Shown here: piece by piece, positions 51,248 through 64,000 of the stretch
Layout: every line of letters begins with the position of its first letter
Position numbering within the stretch: the first letter of the stretch is position 1
Origin: Octopus sinensis
Taxonomy: Eukaryota
Direction: 5' to 3'
Assembly: GCF_006345805.1 (NCBI RefSeq)
Contig: NC_043022.1
Span: 682,001-746,000, forward strand
Length of the DNA: 64,000 nt
Translations under genes and position numbers: made by a program
The notes under the pieces: generated by a model
The model's database searches: none
The model's input: the letters and a program-made list of their open reading frames with translations, nothing else
What the model was told of the DNA's origin: nothing

Positions 51248-53422
51248 ATTATTGCTATTATCATTAAGGTAGAAAGCTTGCAGAATCATTAGCATGCTGG
51301 GAAAAATGCTTAACAGTATTACATACATCTTTACACACTGAGTTCAAATTCTGCCGAGGTTGACTTTGCCTTTCATTTTTTCAGGGTTAATAAATTAAGT
51401 ACTAGTGAAACACAGGAGTTGATATAATCAACTAGAACCTGACCCACGAAAAATTTCAGGCCTTGTGCCTTATCATTATTATTATTATTGTTGTTGTTGT
51501 TGTTGTTAGAATGCCAGGCAAATTGCTAAATGGTATTTCACCCATCACCACGTCCTGAGTTGAAATTCCGCCGACCTCAACTTTACTTTTCATCCTTTCA
51601 GGGTCAATTAAATAAGTACCAGTTACGCACTGGGGTCGATGTAATCGACTTAATCCCCTTCCCCAAGCTGCCCTTGTGGCAAAATTTCAAATCACTATTA
51701 TTATCGTTGTTGTTGTTAGAATGCTGGGTGAAATGCTTAACGGTATTACAACCATCTTCATTCCGAGTTCAAATTTCACCAAGGTCAACTTTACCTTTCA
51801 TCCTTTCAAGCTCGATAAATCAAGTCTTGTCTTTATATTCTGAGATCAAATTCCATTGAGACCAGCTTTGTCTTTCATCCTCCTGGGGCCAATAAAATAA
51901 GTACCAGTTGGATACTGGAATCAACACAATCGACTCGCTTCCCCATCCCCCAAATCTTTGGCCCTGTATCAGAATTTGAAACCGTTGTTGTTGTTGTTGT
52001 TGCTTAAATCTAACATCTCTCACTAATTTAGCTGTCAGTAAGCTTTTCGTTTCTCCATTAAACAATGTTCCATAGGCTGAGACTTGAAGAGCAGTCTGGC
52101 ATTTCATGCCATCGGAAATTATAGCAAGCAATTAGGAAGAACTTCATCTGATCCAACACATGTTTTCCTTGCTCGGTGGATCAATACAGAGACCGGTTGC
52201 ACTTGTCATCAGATTAAACTTGGCAAAACTGTAACCTCCTGCCACCGCCACCGAGTATTTCTATATTTATACACACATTTGTGTATTTTTAGATCTGGAC
52301 GCAGAGACATTAAGGATTGGCAAGCTGTTTGTTGTTGAAGAAAATACCAAAGTTTCTGTGCAGACAACATGGCTGACACTGTATTGTTATTGTTATTGTT
52401 AATAAGGAAGCAAACTGGCAGAATTGTTAGCACTTTGCCTTTCATCCCTTCAGGGTCAATAAATTAAGTACCACTGAAACACGGGGTGTGATGTAATCAA
52501 CTAGTCCCCTCCCCCAAAACTGCTGCCCTTGTGGAAAAATTTGAAGCTGTTGTTATTATTATTATTATTATTAAGGCAGTGAGCTGACAGAATCGTTAGC
52601 ATGCCAGGCAAAATGCTTAGCAGCATTTCATCTGCTTCTACATTCTAAGTTCAACTTCTGCCAAGGTCAACTTTGCCTTTCATCCTTTCGGGGTCGATTA
52701 AATAAGTACCAGTTATGCCTTGGGGTCAATGTAATCAACTTAATCCCTTATCACCAATTTGAGGCCTTGTGCTTCCAGTAGAAAAAGTTATTATTATTAT
52801 TATTGACAGAATCATTAAAGTGTCGTGCAAAACACCTTGGAATTCAAATCCGTTCAGGATCAACTTGCCCTTTCCATCCTTCCTGGGTCAGTAAAATAAA
52901 GTGTCTGTCAAGTGTTGGTGTTGAACGTATCAGGTAACACGTAGCCCCTAATTTCAGCCACAAATTGCACTTACAACCAATTTAAGGACAGTGAGTTGAC
53001 AGAACCATGGGACTTCAGGAAAAAATTAAAAAATATGTTTTGTGGTTATTTGTTTCACCCGTCTGCATTCCGATTTCATATGCCAACAGTGTCAACTTTC
53101 CCCTTTCGTCCCTCTAGGGTCAGTGATGTGAAAAGCACTACCGAGTCAAGTACTGGGTTTCATGGCATTGACAAACCCAGCCCATCGAAAATGGCTAGAC
53201 TTCAGCCTATTAGACACAGCTGTTGTTGTTATGTAACTGTGTGTTGTAAGTGATATGTTGTGATGTGTTACCCTGAGGTTAGTGTTACTTATTAGGGTAA
53301 ATGTTAGTAAAGTTGTTAATTGCTTGAGCGAAGTATTCGTTATCATAAGCGTTCGCTCATATTAAGCCTCTCTCTACTTTGCTGTTGTGAATAATTCAAG
53401 TGCAAGTCTGCATACATACATT

Positions 53423-53476
<54 letters not shown>

Positions 53477-55047
53477 TATATATATATATATATACACATA
53501 CACACACACACATATACAAACATTTATAATACACATGCACACACACATACGCACATGAAAATATATATATTTATATATATATACACCTACATTCATGCAC
53601 AACACGTGTATATACATTTTTATACACATACTCATGTTTTTGTGTAAAGAATGTGCGTGGGTGTAACTATATAAAATGTGTGTGTACATATATATAATAT
53701 ATATGTATTGTACACGCACACACATATATACACACTATTGTTTTATAGTTTGTATAATTGTGTACACTAAACATATAATAAAGGAAAGGCTCTTTACTGG
53801 TTGTGAAGTCAAAATAATATCTATCAACGATGATAATAATAATAATAATAATAATTCTTTCTACTCGAGACACAAAGCCTGAAATTTGCAGGGAGAGGCT
53901 AGTCAATTACTTGAATCCTAATACTTGACCCAGGCTGTGCATTTCATTAGAAATATGGTGATAATAATAGGGGAGGGGAACAGCAGGTGGTTCTTGTAAT
54001 TACTTCCTTATTAGTCATTCTCTCAATTCATGAAGCCTGCTCTTTGTGTTCATTCCAGGAAAGGCCTATATTTTCACTGTGGCACCAGTCTTTAGTTATT
54101 CAGCATTTCGCAGAAAGCATTCATGCTGACGCTGCATAAAAGAACCACCTGTGTTGGTGCCATGTTAAAAAAAGCACCTGTGCAGGTACCACATAAAAAG
54201 CACCCAGCGTACTCTGTAAAGTGGTTGTCATTAGGAAGGGCATCCAGCTGTAGAAGCCCTGCTAAAACAGACGATGGAGCCTTGTGCAGTGTTCTGGGCT
54301 TGCCAGCTCCTGTCAAACTGTCCAACCCATGCCAGCATGGAAAACAGACTTTGAATGATGATGACGACTATTAATAAAGTGGTGAGCTGGCAGAATCGTT
54401 GGTACGCTGGATGAAATGCTTAGCACTGTTTCACCTGTTGCTATGTTCTAGGTTCAAATTCTGCTGAGGTTGATTTTGTTTTTCATCCTTTTGGGGTTGA
54501 TAAATTAAATACCAGTGAAATACTGGGGTCAATGTAATCGACTAGTCTCTCCTCCCCCCATTTCAAGCCTTGTGCCTTTAGTAGAAAAAAATGATTATTA
54601 TTATTATTCTATGTTTGACTTTTGCTTTATATTTGTACAAGTTGGCTCCAAGTCTCACCCAGAGACCTCAAGAGACAACAGGTTGGAAGTTCATGTTGTT
54701 GTTATGCCTAATGTGCCATATATTTGGGTTTTTTTTTTTTTGGTGTTGTAAAAGTGAATGTCCCCCCAAAAAAAAACAAAAATTATGTTTGTTTTAAACC
54801 CTGAGATTACATAGAAAGTATTTTGCGTAGGATATGAGCAGTTCCCATGAGCACTATTTTTTGAATTTCTGCCATTTTTGGGTTTCCTGGTATCTGAGTT
54901 AGGTAGCAATCAGCCCCTTTTGCTATCATTCCTAGGGAACCTATGACAACAGGTATTGTTTTAGTTTTCAGGCTCCATATTATGCTGATTTCTATTTCAA
55001 GATCTTTATATTTGCTTTATATATATATATATATATTATTATTATTA

Positions 55048-55085
<38 letters not shown>

Positions 55086-58000
55086 TAGTTTTATTTTTAT
55101 AGCGTGCTTTCACTTCACTACCGAGCGCAGCTCTGTGTGCCTTGGGTATGTGCTGTGATTTGTTGTGATGCTCTGATGGTTATTGTATGGAAAGTGTATT
55201 ATTATTATTATTATTATTATTATATGCCCAGGATAAGGCTGGCACAATCATTGCCAGGCGAAATGCTTAGCATTTCTACCAACTTTGTGTTCTGGGTTCC
55301 AATGCTGATAAGTTAGACTTTGCCTTTCATCTTTTCGGGGAAGGTGAGGGTTGATGAAATGAAGGACCAGTTTGAGCAATGGGGTTGTAGTAATTTCACT
55401 TTCCCTCCCCTCAAAATTATTGTTTCTTGTGCCGGAATTAGAAAGAATTAAGAATTACCCAGGGCAGCACACACTGGGATTAAACCTAGAAAATACCCGG
55501 ATGCAACCCAAGCCAACGATGCCTGCACCTGTACGCAGGGATTAAAATGATTGGTTGAGCCTTACGATAACAGGTTTGTGGTACAATATTGTCTGATTGA
55601 GAAGGTTTTGTGATATTGAAAGGAGTTGGGGGTGAAGTTGGTGGTGGAAGTGGTATGGAGATGGTTGTGGTGGCAGAAGCAGCAATGGTAGGTATGGGGC
55701 TGGGGGTGATTGTAGTGGTGGTTGGGGTGGTGGTGATAGTGGTTGTGATGGTGTTGGTGGTGGTGGTGCTGGAGATAGCTGTGGTTGTAGTGGCAGCAGG
55801 GGTAGGTGTGGTGGTAGGGATGTGTTTTGAAAGAAATTAATTTTCTGAGTAAAAAAAAAGAAACAACCAATACTTAGGAATTTTGCAAAAAAAAAAAAAG
55901 AATCAAATCAGAAACAATAAATTCAAGACAATTGTAATATTTAATTACTTTTGTAATTGTTCTAAAACTAATAAGGCTGCTTTCATGTTTGAATAAACAA
56001 CTTTCAGGCTTGTCCATGAGATGGTTAATTATTCATAAATAAACTTCATACATACATTCATATGTATATACATATATACATACATAAATGCATACTTAAA
56101 TGTACCCTTATCAGACAGGTTGTCATGGTGGGCGTATTTGGGCTTCATATACACATACCCCAGCATCATTTTGATGGCAGGCGCTACTCTTACATAGATT
56201 CAGCCTGGCTTTCTGTCGGTTACGACAATAAGGGTTCCTGTTGATTCAACCAATGGAATAGCCTGCTTGTGGAAGTGGTCGAGTATTCCAGACATATGTC
56301 GCCTTAATGTAGCTGACTGGGAGATTCAGTGTGACACAAAATGTGACAAGGCTGGCCCTTTTGAATTACAGGTATAACTTATTTTCGCCATCTGAGTAGA
56401 CTGGAGCAATGTGAAATGAAGTGTCTTGCTCAAGGACATAATATGCTGCTTGGAATTGAACTCATGACCTTACAATTCTGAACTGAATATCCTAATCATT
56501 TAGCCATGCATCTTCATCCATCCATCCATACATACATACATGCATTCATAAATAATTAGAGAATTACATGTATGTCTGTATTTACACACACATACATACA
56601 TACACACACAGGCACACACAACAGGCTTCTTTCAGTTTCCGTCTACCAAATCCACTCACAAGGCTTTGGTCAACCCGAAGCTCTAGTAGAAGACACTTGT
56701 CCAAGGTGCCACGCAGAGGGACTGAACCCAGAACCAGGTGATTGGGAAGCAAGCTTCTTACCACATAGCTGAACCTCTGCCTATTTGTATGTGTGTGTGT
56801 GTTTATATTATTTTGTTTGCTGCCTAAATTTGTGTCAGGAGGGAATAATTAGCCACTATAAAAAGAAAATGCAAGAGAGAGAGAGAGAGAGTGAGTGTGT
56901 GTGAGTGTATATCCACACACACACACACACGCGTGTGTGTGTGTGACGTCCAGCAATCTTGTTATGTATTGATTGTCAAAGACCATTAGTTTTCTGCTGC
57001 AATATATGCACCAAGCTGCTGCGTCGTTTGCAGTTGATTCTTTAATTTGTAAACAGTCTGCGACTGGTAGAAAGATAGATGGAATTCAGAGAAAAAATTT
57101 TTCCTCGTATATTTATTTGTAAATGGCCCACTTTCATGCTGCGGCCACAAGGTACAATGTTCTAATTTCTTACAATATACAACACAGACATATACGTGTG
57201 TGTGTGTGTGTGTAAAGCAAACACAGTGTCGTTTAGTTTTGCATATTTTCTGTGAAGAATATGGTGAATGCTTAATGCTCTTAAAATTGTATAATTTGTA
57301 ACAATTATGGCGCTTTATGTCTTTGGTTTTTAAAGCAGAGCTTCACAACAAACAGTTAAATGGAAATTAAAATAAAAATTACAAAATGAATAAAAGTCAA
57401 AATAAAATGCGTTTGAACAGTGCCGCATGTGTTTGGGTGTCTATTTCTGTCTTATCGTAATTACTGTAGTCGTTGTCATCATCACCATCATTATCAGCCT
57501 TATCATCATCATTGTCATCACCACCGTCTTATCACCATCATCATTGTCCTCACCATGATAATGATGGCGATATATGTGTGTGTGTGTGTATAAATACATT
57601 ATCACCATCATTATTATTATCATTATCACCACCATTTTCATCATCATTGTCATCACCATCCTCCTCTTCCTCTTCCTCATCACCATCATCATCAGCTCGT
57701 TTTCTATGTGATAAATTAGTGTTTAGGATAAAATAGTTCACAATATTTTCTCTGACTTTCAGCATTCTGTGTTCAAATCCTACCTCTGTCCAATTTACAT
57801 TTCATAGTCTTGTGAGTTAATAAAAATAAGAAAGAGGTACCCATCCAGAATTGAGGGTTGGCAGAAATGTAAGAACATTGAACCACAAACCCTGCTCTAT
57901 TTGTTCCAGTTCTCTACTTTCTAAATTCAAATCCTGCCACATCCTACATAAGTGGTAGACTTAGCCTACCCCCTCACATTTGTGATTGTCTTTGGCCAAC

Positions 58001-59083
58001 CCAACTCTGTTGCAAGCATTCAAGCCTCTCAGACAACTCCCTTGCACCCTTCAACCACTCTTGGTTGCCCTACAAAGGGTCCTGGTCATTGGTCATCGCC
58101 TTCTCTAGTGTATTACATAAGAAGCACAGGACAGTCAAAGAATTAACTGAGTCAGTCTTTGAAATTATTGTGGTTATTTTGAGGAAATAATAGCATATCC
58201 TGAATGTCTGCTGCAAAATCTTACTGAGACAATGTTCAGCAGCTGGAGATTTCTTTGTTGTTTCAGGTTCAGTCCCACCATGGGGCACCTAGGGAGTAGA
58301 TTTGGTTGATGGAAACTGAAAGAGGCCTGTTATATATATGTATTAATTGCTGGGAGGAACACCATACTTCGTTATGCAATCATAAGTTAGATGTGCTGCT
58401 GAAAAAAGAGCAATAACTCCTGAAATGTGCATGTACACCCGTGACATTTTTCTATATTCGATCACATTGTTTACATAGACATAGACATGTATGTGTATGA
58501 AATGTAACTGTCAGTGCTGGCTCTAATTTCTGTAGAAAATATTTAGGGATAACTTTAAAAGTGACATAGCTATATGTATGGATGAGTATATGCATGTATT
58601 ACTGTCTCCTTGCCTTGGCTTTATGTGATAATTGTAAACGGGTGTCACCATCAAACAAGCAGTGTCGTTTGTTTCCAATCTTCTTTGAAGAACATGTCTG
58701 GCCATGGGGAAATATTACCTTTCTTGGAAGCAGGTACGGGTTGACACAAAGGAGAGCATCTGGCCATAGAATGTCCCCCTCAGACAATTCATTCATAGAA
58801 TCCATGTATGTATATATCATCATTTTATGTCCGTTTTCAATGCTGGCATGGGTTGGATGCTTTGACAGGAACTGGCAAGCCAGGGAGCTGCGCTAGGCTC
58901 CTGTTGTCTGTTTTGATATGGTTTCTATGGCTGGATGCCCTTCCTAACACCAACCACTTTCAAGAGTGTGTTGGGTGCTTTTTATGTGGCACTGACGTGG
59001 GTGTTACATGGCACCAACACAGGTGCTTTTTCTTATGTGGCACTAACATCAGTGCTTTAAATGAAGTGTCACATGTACTATAG

Positions 59084-59119
<36 letters not shown>

Positions 59120-59144
59120 TATATACATCAATAAATATATACAT

Positions 59145-59175
<31 letters not shown>

Positions 59176-59177
59176 GA

Positions 59178-59332
59178 TACCGGAGTAAACACATAAATGT
59201 GAAACAAGGTGGAAAAAAGAGTACTCAAATACCAGTGGTAGTGTAATATGCTTTATTTAAAGCAGCAGAAAATTCAACAAAACCTGTTACTCTGAGTTTC
59301 CCATTGAATTTTCTGCTGCTTTAAATAAAGTA
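59178..59332. mobile_element. Second copy of the PLE-like palindrome element with its centre deleted
   Basis: Matches 5513-5636 and then 5725-5753. The 88 bp containing both CTGATGA cores are replaced by cca. Confidence 0.8.
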
Positions 59333-59333
59333 T

Positions 59334-59370
<37 letters not shown>

Positions 59371-59705
59371 CACACATGCACACACTATAATATTATATAC
59401 ACACAGGTTTCTGTGTGTTGTTAGATATAAAAGGTGTGATGTGGAAATCTGAGAAATGGAAAAAGAAATCAATGATCCGTGACAATAACCCTGAGGGCTA
59501 AATACAGAAATGTCACACATCAATGGAAAGTATGAAGTAGTTGTCTAGAAGTTTCTTGACAACCACCCCCACCCCCCTGCTAAGTGGCTGAAATTTCAGC
59601 TCATTACACGGTGTCCATGATTGGAGCGTAAGAGAAGACGATGACTTTGTGAATTTGCCAGAAGTGGTTTGGATTGGGTTTCGCAATAAATGATCAGTCG
59701 CATGT

Positions 59706-59751
<46 letters not shown>

Positions 59752-60113
59752 ATTCATGCACACCCATGCACACATTCACTTACACTCACATACACACACT
59801 CACTCTCAGACATACACACGCTCACTCACTCTCAAACACACACATTCACTTACACTCAGACATTCACTTACACTCACATACACGCAACACTCACTCTCAA
59901 ACACATGTTCATTCACACTCAGACACACACGCTCACTCACTCTCACACACATATTCCCATACATTCACTCTCTCTCACACACACAACAGAGAGACCATCT
60001 CCATTGTCTCCCCCCCCCCTACAAAGTTATCTGCATACATTATGGTATGGACTGCAAATGTTAGGTATTATATATATATATATATATATATGTGTTTATA
60101 TGTATGTATTTAT

Positions 60114-60260
60114 ATAAAGGGGCGCTGAAAAGTTCCTGGCTTTGAGGGTATCACGAAAGGCCTGATTGGGGGCCCAACCTTCCGAGTTCCTTTACTAGGC
60201 TTAGAAAAACTGAAGGACCGCTGGAATAAGTTTGTGAAACTGAGAGTGGGGAATATGTTG
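60114..60260 (+). mobile_element. Partial copy of the same mariner-derived MITE
   Basis: ggggcgctgaaaagttcctggctttgagggtatcacgaaaggcctg aligns with 62124-62250. Confidence 0.65.
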
Positions 60261-60479
60261 TGTGTAGTATTGTGTTCTTTCTCGTGTCATGTACCCACAA
60301 CAACCATTCCACACCTTGGTTAATTATTGTATATATTAAACATAGTCACAGACAGAGAAAATCTGCCTTTTGTAGTATATGATATATACGCCTGTTTAAT
60401 GACCTGAATGCAACAGCAGCAGCAGCAGCTAGGTTAGCAGTAACAACAACAATTATAACACGCCACTGAGGAAGTTTCT

Positions 60480-61095
60480 ACATGGTAGCTTGACCTGCTA
60501 GAAATTGCAGCCAAATTTCCTTCAAATCATGCTACACCATTGTGAACAAAGGCACATCAAATAATGTTGTTATTGTTTTCCTACATTCCTACATGTAGGA
60601 GACAGATGGGAGAGTCGTGACTGGAATGTGCTTGAGAACAGAGGTCTTGCCTGTTCAGAACCATGTTAGAAATTGCAACCAAATCACCCTCAAATCATGC
60701 CATGTCGTTGTGGACAGAGACGCATCAAATAAGGTGGTGAGCTGGCAGAAACATTAGCACACCGGGCGAAATGTTTAGTGGTATTTCATCTGCCGCTACG
60801 TTCTGAGTTCAAATTCCACCGAGTTTGACTTTGCCTTTCATTCTTTCGGGGTCAATAAATTAAGTATGAGTTACGCACTGGGGTCAATATAATCGACTTA
60901 ATCCATTTGTCTGTCCTTGCTTGCCCCCTCTATTTTTAGCCCCTTGTGGGCAATAAAGAAATAAGAGATACATCAAATAATATCAGCATTGGTTTCCTAC
61001 ATGTAAGAAACAGATGGAAGGGTCATGGCTGGAATGTGCATGCCAGTAGAGGTCTTGCTTGTTCAGGATTGACCTTGGATGACAACAACAACAGC
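60480..61095 (+). mobile_element. Family E interspersed repeat, locally tandem duplicated and interrupted by a family B SINE
   Basis: Units begin ctagaaattgcagccaaat / ttagaaattgcaaccaaat and the region ends in (AAC)n. TSD catcaaataa at 60723-60732 and 60971-60980 flanks the SINE. Relatives at about 12120-12190, 18990-19060, 29640-29800 and 37350-37550. Confidence 0.6.
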
Positions 61096-61611
61096 TATAA
61101 CAATACATTTATGGTTTTAAATAGCTCTAGATATAAAAACGTGAAAAACAGACAAACAAAACGCAAACAGCATTCACAATGTTTTGAAAGTTCATGAAAC
61201 CAGTTTGACATTTCAGAAATTGCTGTGGCAATTCTGGAACTACAAAAACATTAGTAAATACTCCGGAGAATACCTCTGGGGTTGTTGTATGCTTTTGGTG
61301 ACATTGAAGCGTCTACAGTTACTGAGATGTGGGTTAACAAGGAAACGCAACCTCTTTGCGCAAATTATCATACACACGCAAGCACACACATGCAGACACT
61401 CACACGCAAACACACATACACTCATTCACCCAGGGGCATCAGCCATGAGAAACATGACAATTATTATATTATATTATATGTCTTTGTGTCCGACGTAGAG
61501 CATGTATGTATGTGTTTGTACATATTTCTGTGTGTGTGTGTGTGTGTGTGTGTGACACAAATTGGTTTCTTTGAAGTTTTATACAAAACATACAAATTGC
61601 TGGACTAAAAC

Positions 61612-61661
<50 letters not shown>

Positions 61662-61927
61662 CACATATAACAAGATATATATATATATAATTATATCTTC
61701 AGTTGTTTGACTGCAGCCATGCTTGGGCACTGCTTTGAAGGGTTTTAGTTGAACAAATCGACCCCAGGATGTTGATTTTATAAGCTTAGTACTTATTCTA
61801 TCAGTCTCTTTTGCCACACTGCTAAGTTATGGGGATGTAAACGCACCAACACAGGTTGTCAATTGGTGGTTGGGGACAAACACAGACACAAAGACATACA
61901 CAAAAACTGAAAGAAGTTTGCGGTATG

Positions 61928-61967
<40 letters not shown>

Positions 61968-62123
61968 CACGTATGTATGTATGTTAGCAAGAGGGAACTT
62001 GAAAGTTACCGTCACCCTTCTTACAAAACTTTAATAAACATGTATTCCTACAAAAAGTAGAATAATTCTTCAGCTTAATGTTAAATTGGTTTTATCATAA
62101 CTTGACATAAGTAAAAGCAATGG

Positions 62124-62332
62124 AAAGTTCCTGGTTTTAAGGGTATCACAAAAGGCCTGGATGGCGGCCCATCCTCCCCAGTTCTTTTACAGGGCTTAGA
62201 AAAACTAAAGGACTGCTGCAATAAGTGTGTGAATCTGGGAGGGGAATTTGTTGAATAAAATCATGATTAACTGATCTGCCTGTATTTATTTTTTTTTTAC
62301 CCAAAACCAGGAACTTTGCAACACCTGCTCAT
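62124..62332 (+). mobile_element. mariner-derived MITE (internally deleted)
   Basis: Inverted ends aaagttcctggtttt (62124) and aaaaccaggaacttt (62303). The interior keeps the transposase C-terminus-like KLKDCCNKCVNLGGEFVE*. Confidence 0.7.
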
Positions 62333-62336
62333 GTGT

Positions 62337-62369
<33 letters not shown>

Positions 62370-62370
<1 letters not shown>

Positions 62371-62639
62371 TAGCAGTATCGCCCGGCGTTGCTCGGGTTT
62401 GTTTCGACCCTTTAGAATTGGAATTTTTGAAAGGTAAAAATTTTGCATTGCGTAGCTTGTTATTCTCTTTAAGTGAACATTTTTCTGGTTGAAATACACT
62501 GAAAATGGCGACACAGCAGTCAAAAAATCATACAAAATAGGGATTTTCATAGAAAAAAAATAGCACTTTTGTGGTGTAAATAATTTATGGTGTTAACATG
62601 GTCTGATTTGAATTTTTTCTTGTTCGGCTTTATATATAT
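62370..62639 (-). mobile_element. Non-autonomous Helitron, second family
   Basis: Minus-strand 3' end gagcaacgccgggcgatactgctag|t is identical over 25 bp to 19933-19957. The interior is different and the 5' end is approximate. Confidence 0.75.
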
Positions 62640-63009
62640 GTATATATTTAGGTATATTCACTTTGGTAGTATAGAAAGGTTCTTTGTTGAATACAGTGGA
62701 TACTAATTCTCCATGTCGGTATCCAAGTTTGTCGATAGAGCTCATCAAAATGTAGGAGCGCACGTGCACACACACATATACACACTCCCACAACCTCCCC
62801 CCACACTGTGCATCTTCTATATCACGTATGTACTTATGGAGGGCTTCAATGATTTTGTATGTCAAACTTTAATAGAACCCACATTGTATGCAAGTGTGCA
62901 TATGTGCACGTACATGCGAGCATGTTGCAATTGCACCAAAATAAGAACTGTAGTGGTGTGTATGGTGTTGTGAGTGACTTGATGTGTGTGTACATGAAAA
63001 TATGCAAGC

Positions 63010-63045
<36 letters not shown>

Positions 63046-63361
63046 TCATGTGAAATATTTTGGTGGTTCTTATATTGTGAAGGCATGCAAAGGTACCTGC
63101 ATAGAAATAAATCCACCTGCCTTTGCTCTCTCTCTCTCTCTCTCTCTCTCCTTGCCACTCCTTACAATTCCTTCTTTTTCTGTCTCCTTCATCTCTCCCC
63201 TCTTTCTCTCCTCTCTTTCATCCCACATTCTTCCTCTCTCTCTCTCCCATGTCTCTCTCCTCTCTTTCATCCCACATTTCCTTCTCTCTCTCTCACCTCT
63301 CTCTCTCACCTCTCTCCTCTCTTTCGTCCCACATTCCCCCTCTCTCTCTCTCACACCCACG

Positions 63362-63410
<49 letters not shown>

Positions 63411-64000
63411 AGTCTTATGTCTTACTAAATGTGTAATTTCCAAGGGAAGTACAGGTGTTCTGTTGTGATATCTTATCTGGAGAACAGGAAGAAGAAATGC
63501 AACAACAGCAACAGCAGCAATAATGCTGCCTCTTTCCTTTAATAATCTTGCTCATTTCGTTCCTTTCTCTTTCCTTCTTCGGCCTTTCTACCTTAATTTG
63601 TCATGCTTCACTGGCAGCTGAAAGAGCATTAGTGTGAAGCTAAAAATAAATTTTAAAACAGAGGGGGGGGAGCTTGTATATTCTGTTAAATACATACTTA
63701 ACATGACCTATTTTAATATAAATATCATATGTGGTGCATGTGCGTTTGTGGGGTCGGTGGAGAGGTCTGCTGGGTTTCTTTGTCGGTTAACAGTGGGAAA
63801 GCAAAGCAGCCTTATTATTCTTTGCTAAATTTAGTCGAGCATTGCTTCAAACATGGGCACTGTGTTCTTAAAAAAGGCCTTAATTATTTTAATTTATGTT
63901 GTAATTTTGTGAAGAATGATGTCATATGATGTCACAAAAGTTTACACGTCCCCAGCAACCCTGTGTCTGGTTCATTCTGTTGTGTTTTTGTGCTGACAAG

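Larger units (their letters stand above)
49133..53190 (+). mobile_element. Cluster of about 10 same-orientation family B SINE copies/fragments separated by (ATT)n/(GTT)n
   Basis: The motif gcctttcatcc recurs at about 49237, 49449, 51368, 51590, 51796, 51872, 52437, 52675 and 52868, all on the + strand. Confidence 0.85.

Noticed and set aside
59607-59693. Protein-like frame SLHGVHDWSVREDDDFVNLPEVVWIGFRNK* after tttcag
   Set aside because: No recognisable homology, not GRK-like, and a weak polypyrimidine tract.

Overview
AT-rich animal genomic DNA packed with microsatellites and SINEs. The repeat families look like those of octopus (coleoid cephalopod); this is recognition from memory, not a database result. 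Almost every ORF in the supplied track is an artefact of (TA)n, (CA)n, (CT)n or (AAT)n repeats or of repeat fragments. The only convincing host coding sequence, and one the ORF track misses, is a 74-bp internal exon at 15523-15596 (+). It encodes GYLLFKDFCNNGSDVPIAEINFYEE, the RH/RGS-homology domain of a GRK2/3 (beta-ARK-type) kinase, the family that includes cephalopod rhodopsin kinase. The rest of the window is therefore probably two very large introns, since the neighbouring exons were not found by eye. These introns hold several tRNA-derived SINE families, RTE-tailed elements, a decayed LINE reverse transcriptase, a maT (DD37D) transposase remnant, mariner and piggyBac-like MITEs, Helitron and Helentron-type non-autonomous elements, and Penelope-like pLTR remnants. 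The most striking feature is an 82-bp near-perfect palindrome at 5587-5751. Each arm encodes a minimal type-I hammerhead ribozyme, and a second copy at about 59.2 kb has lost the palindrome centre. Several other long fold-back hairpins are present, plus a speculative in-phase alternative first exon at 8250-8439.
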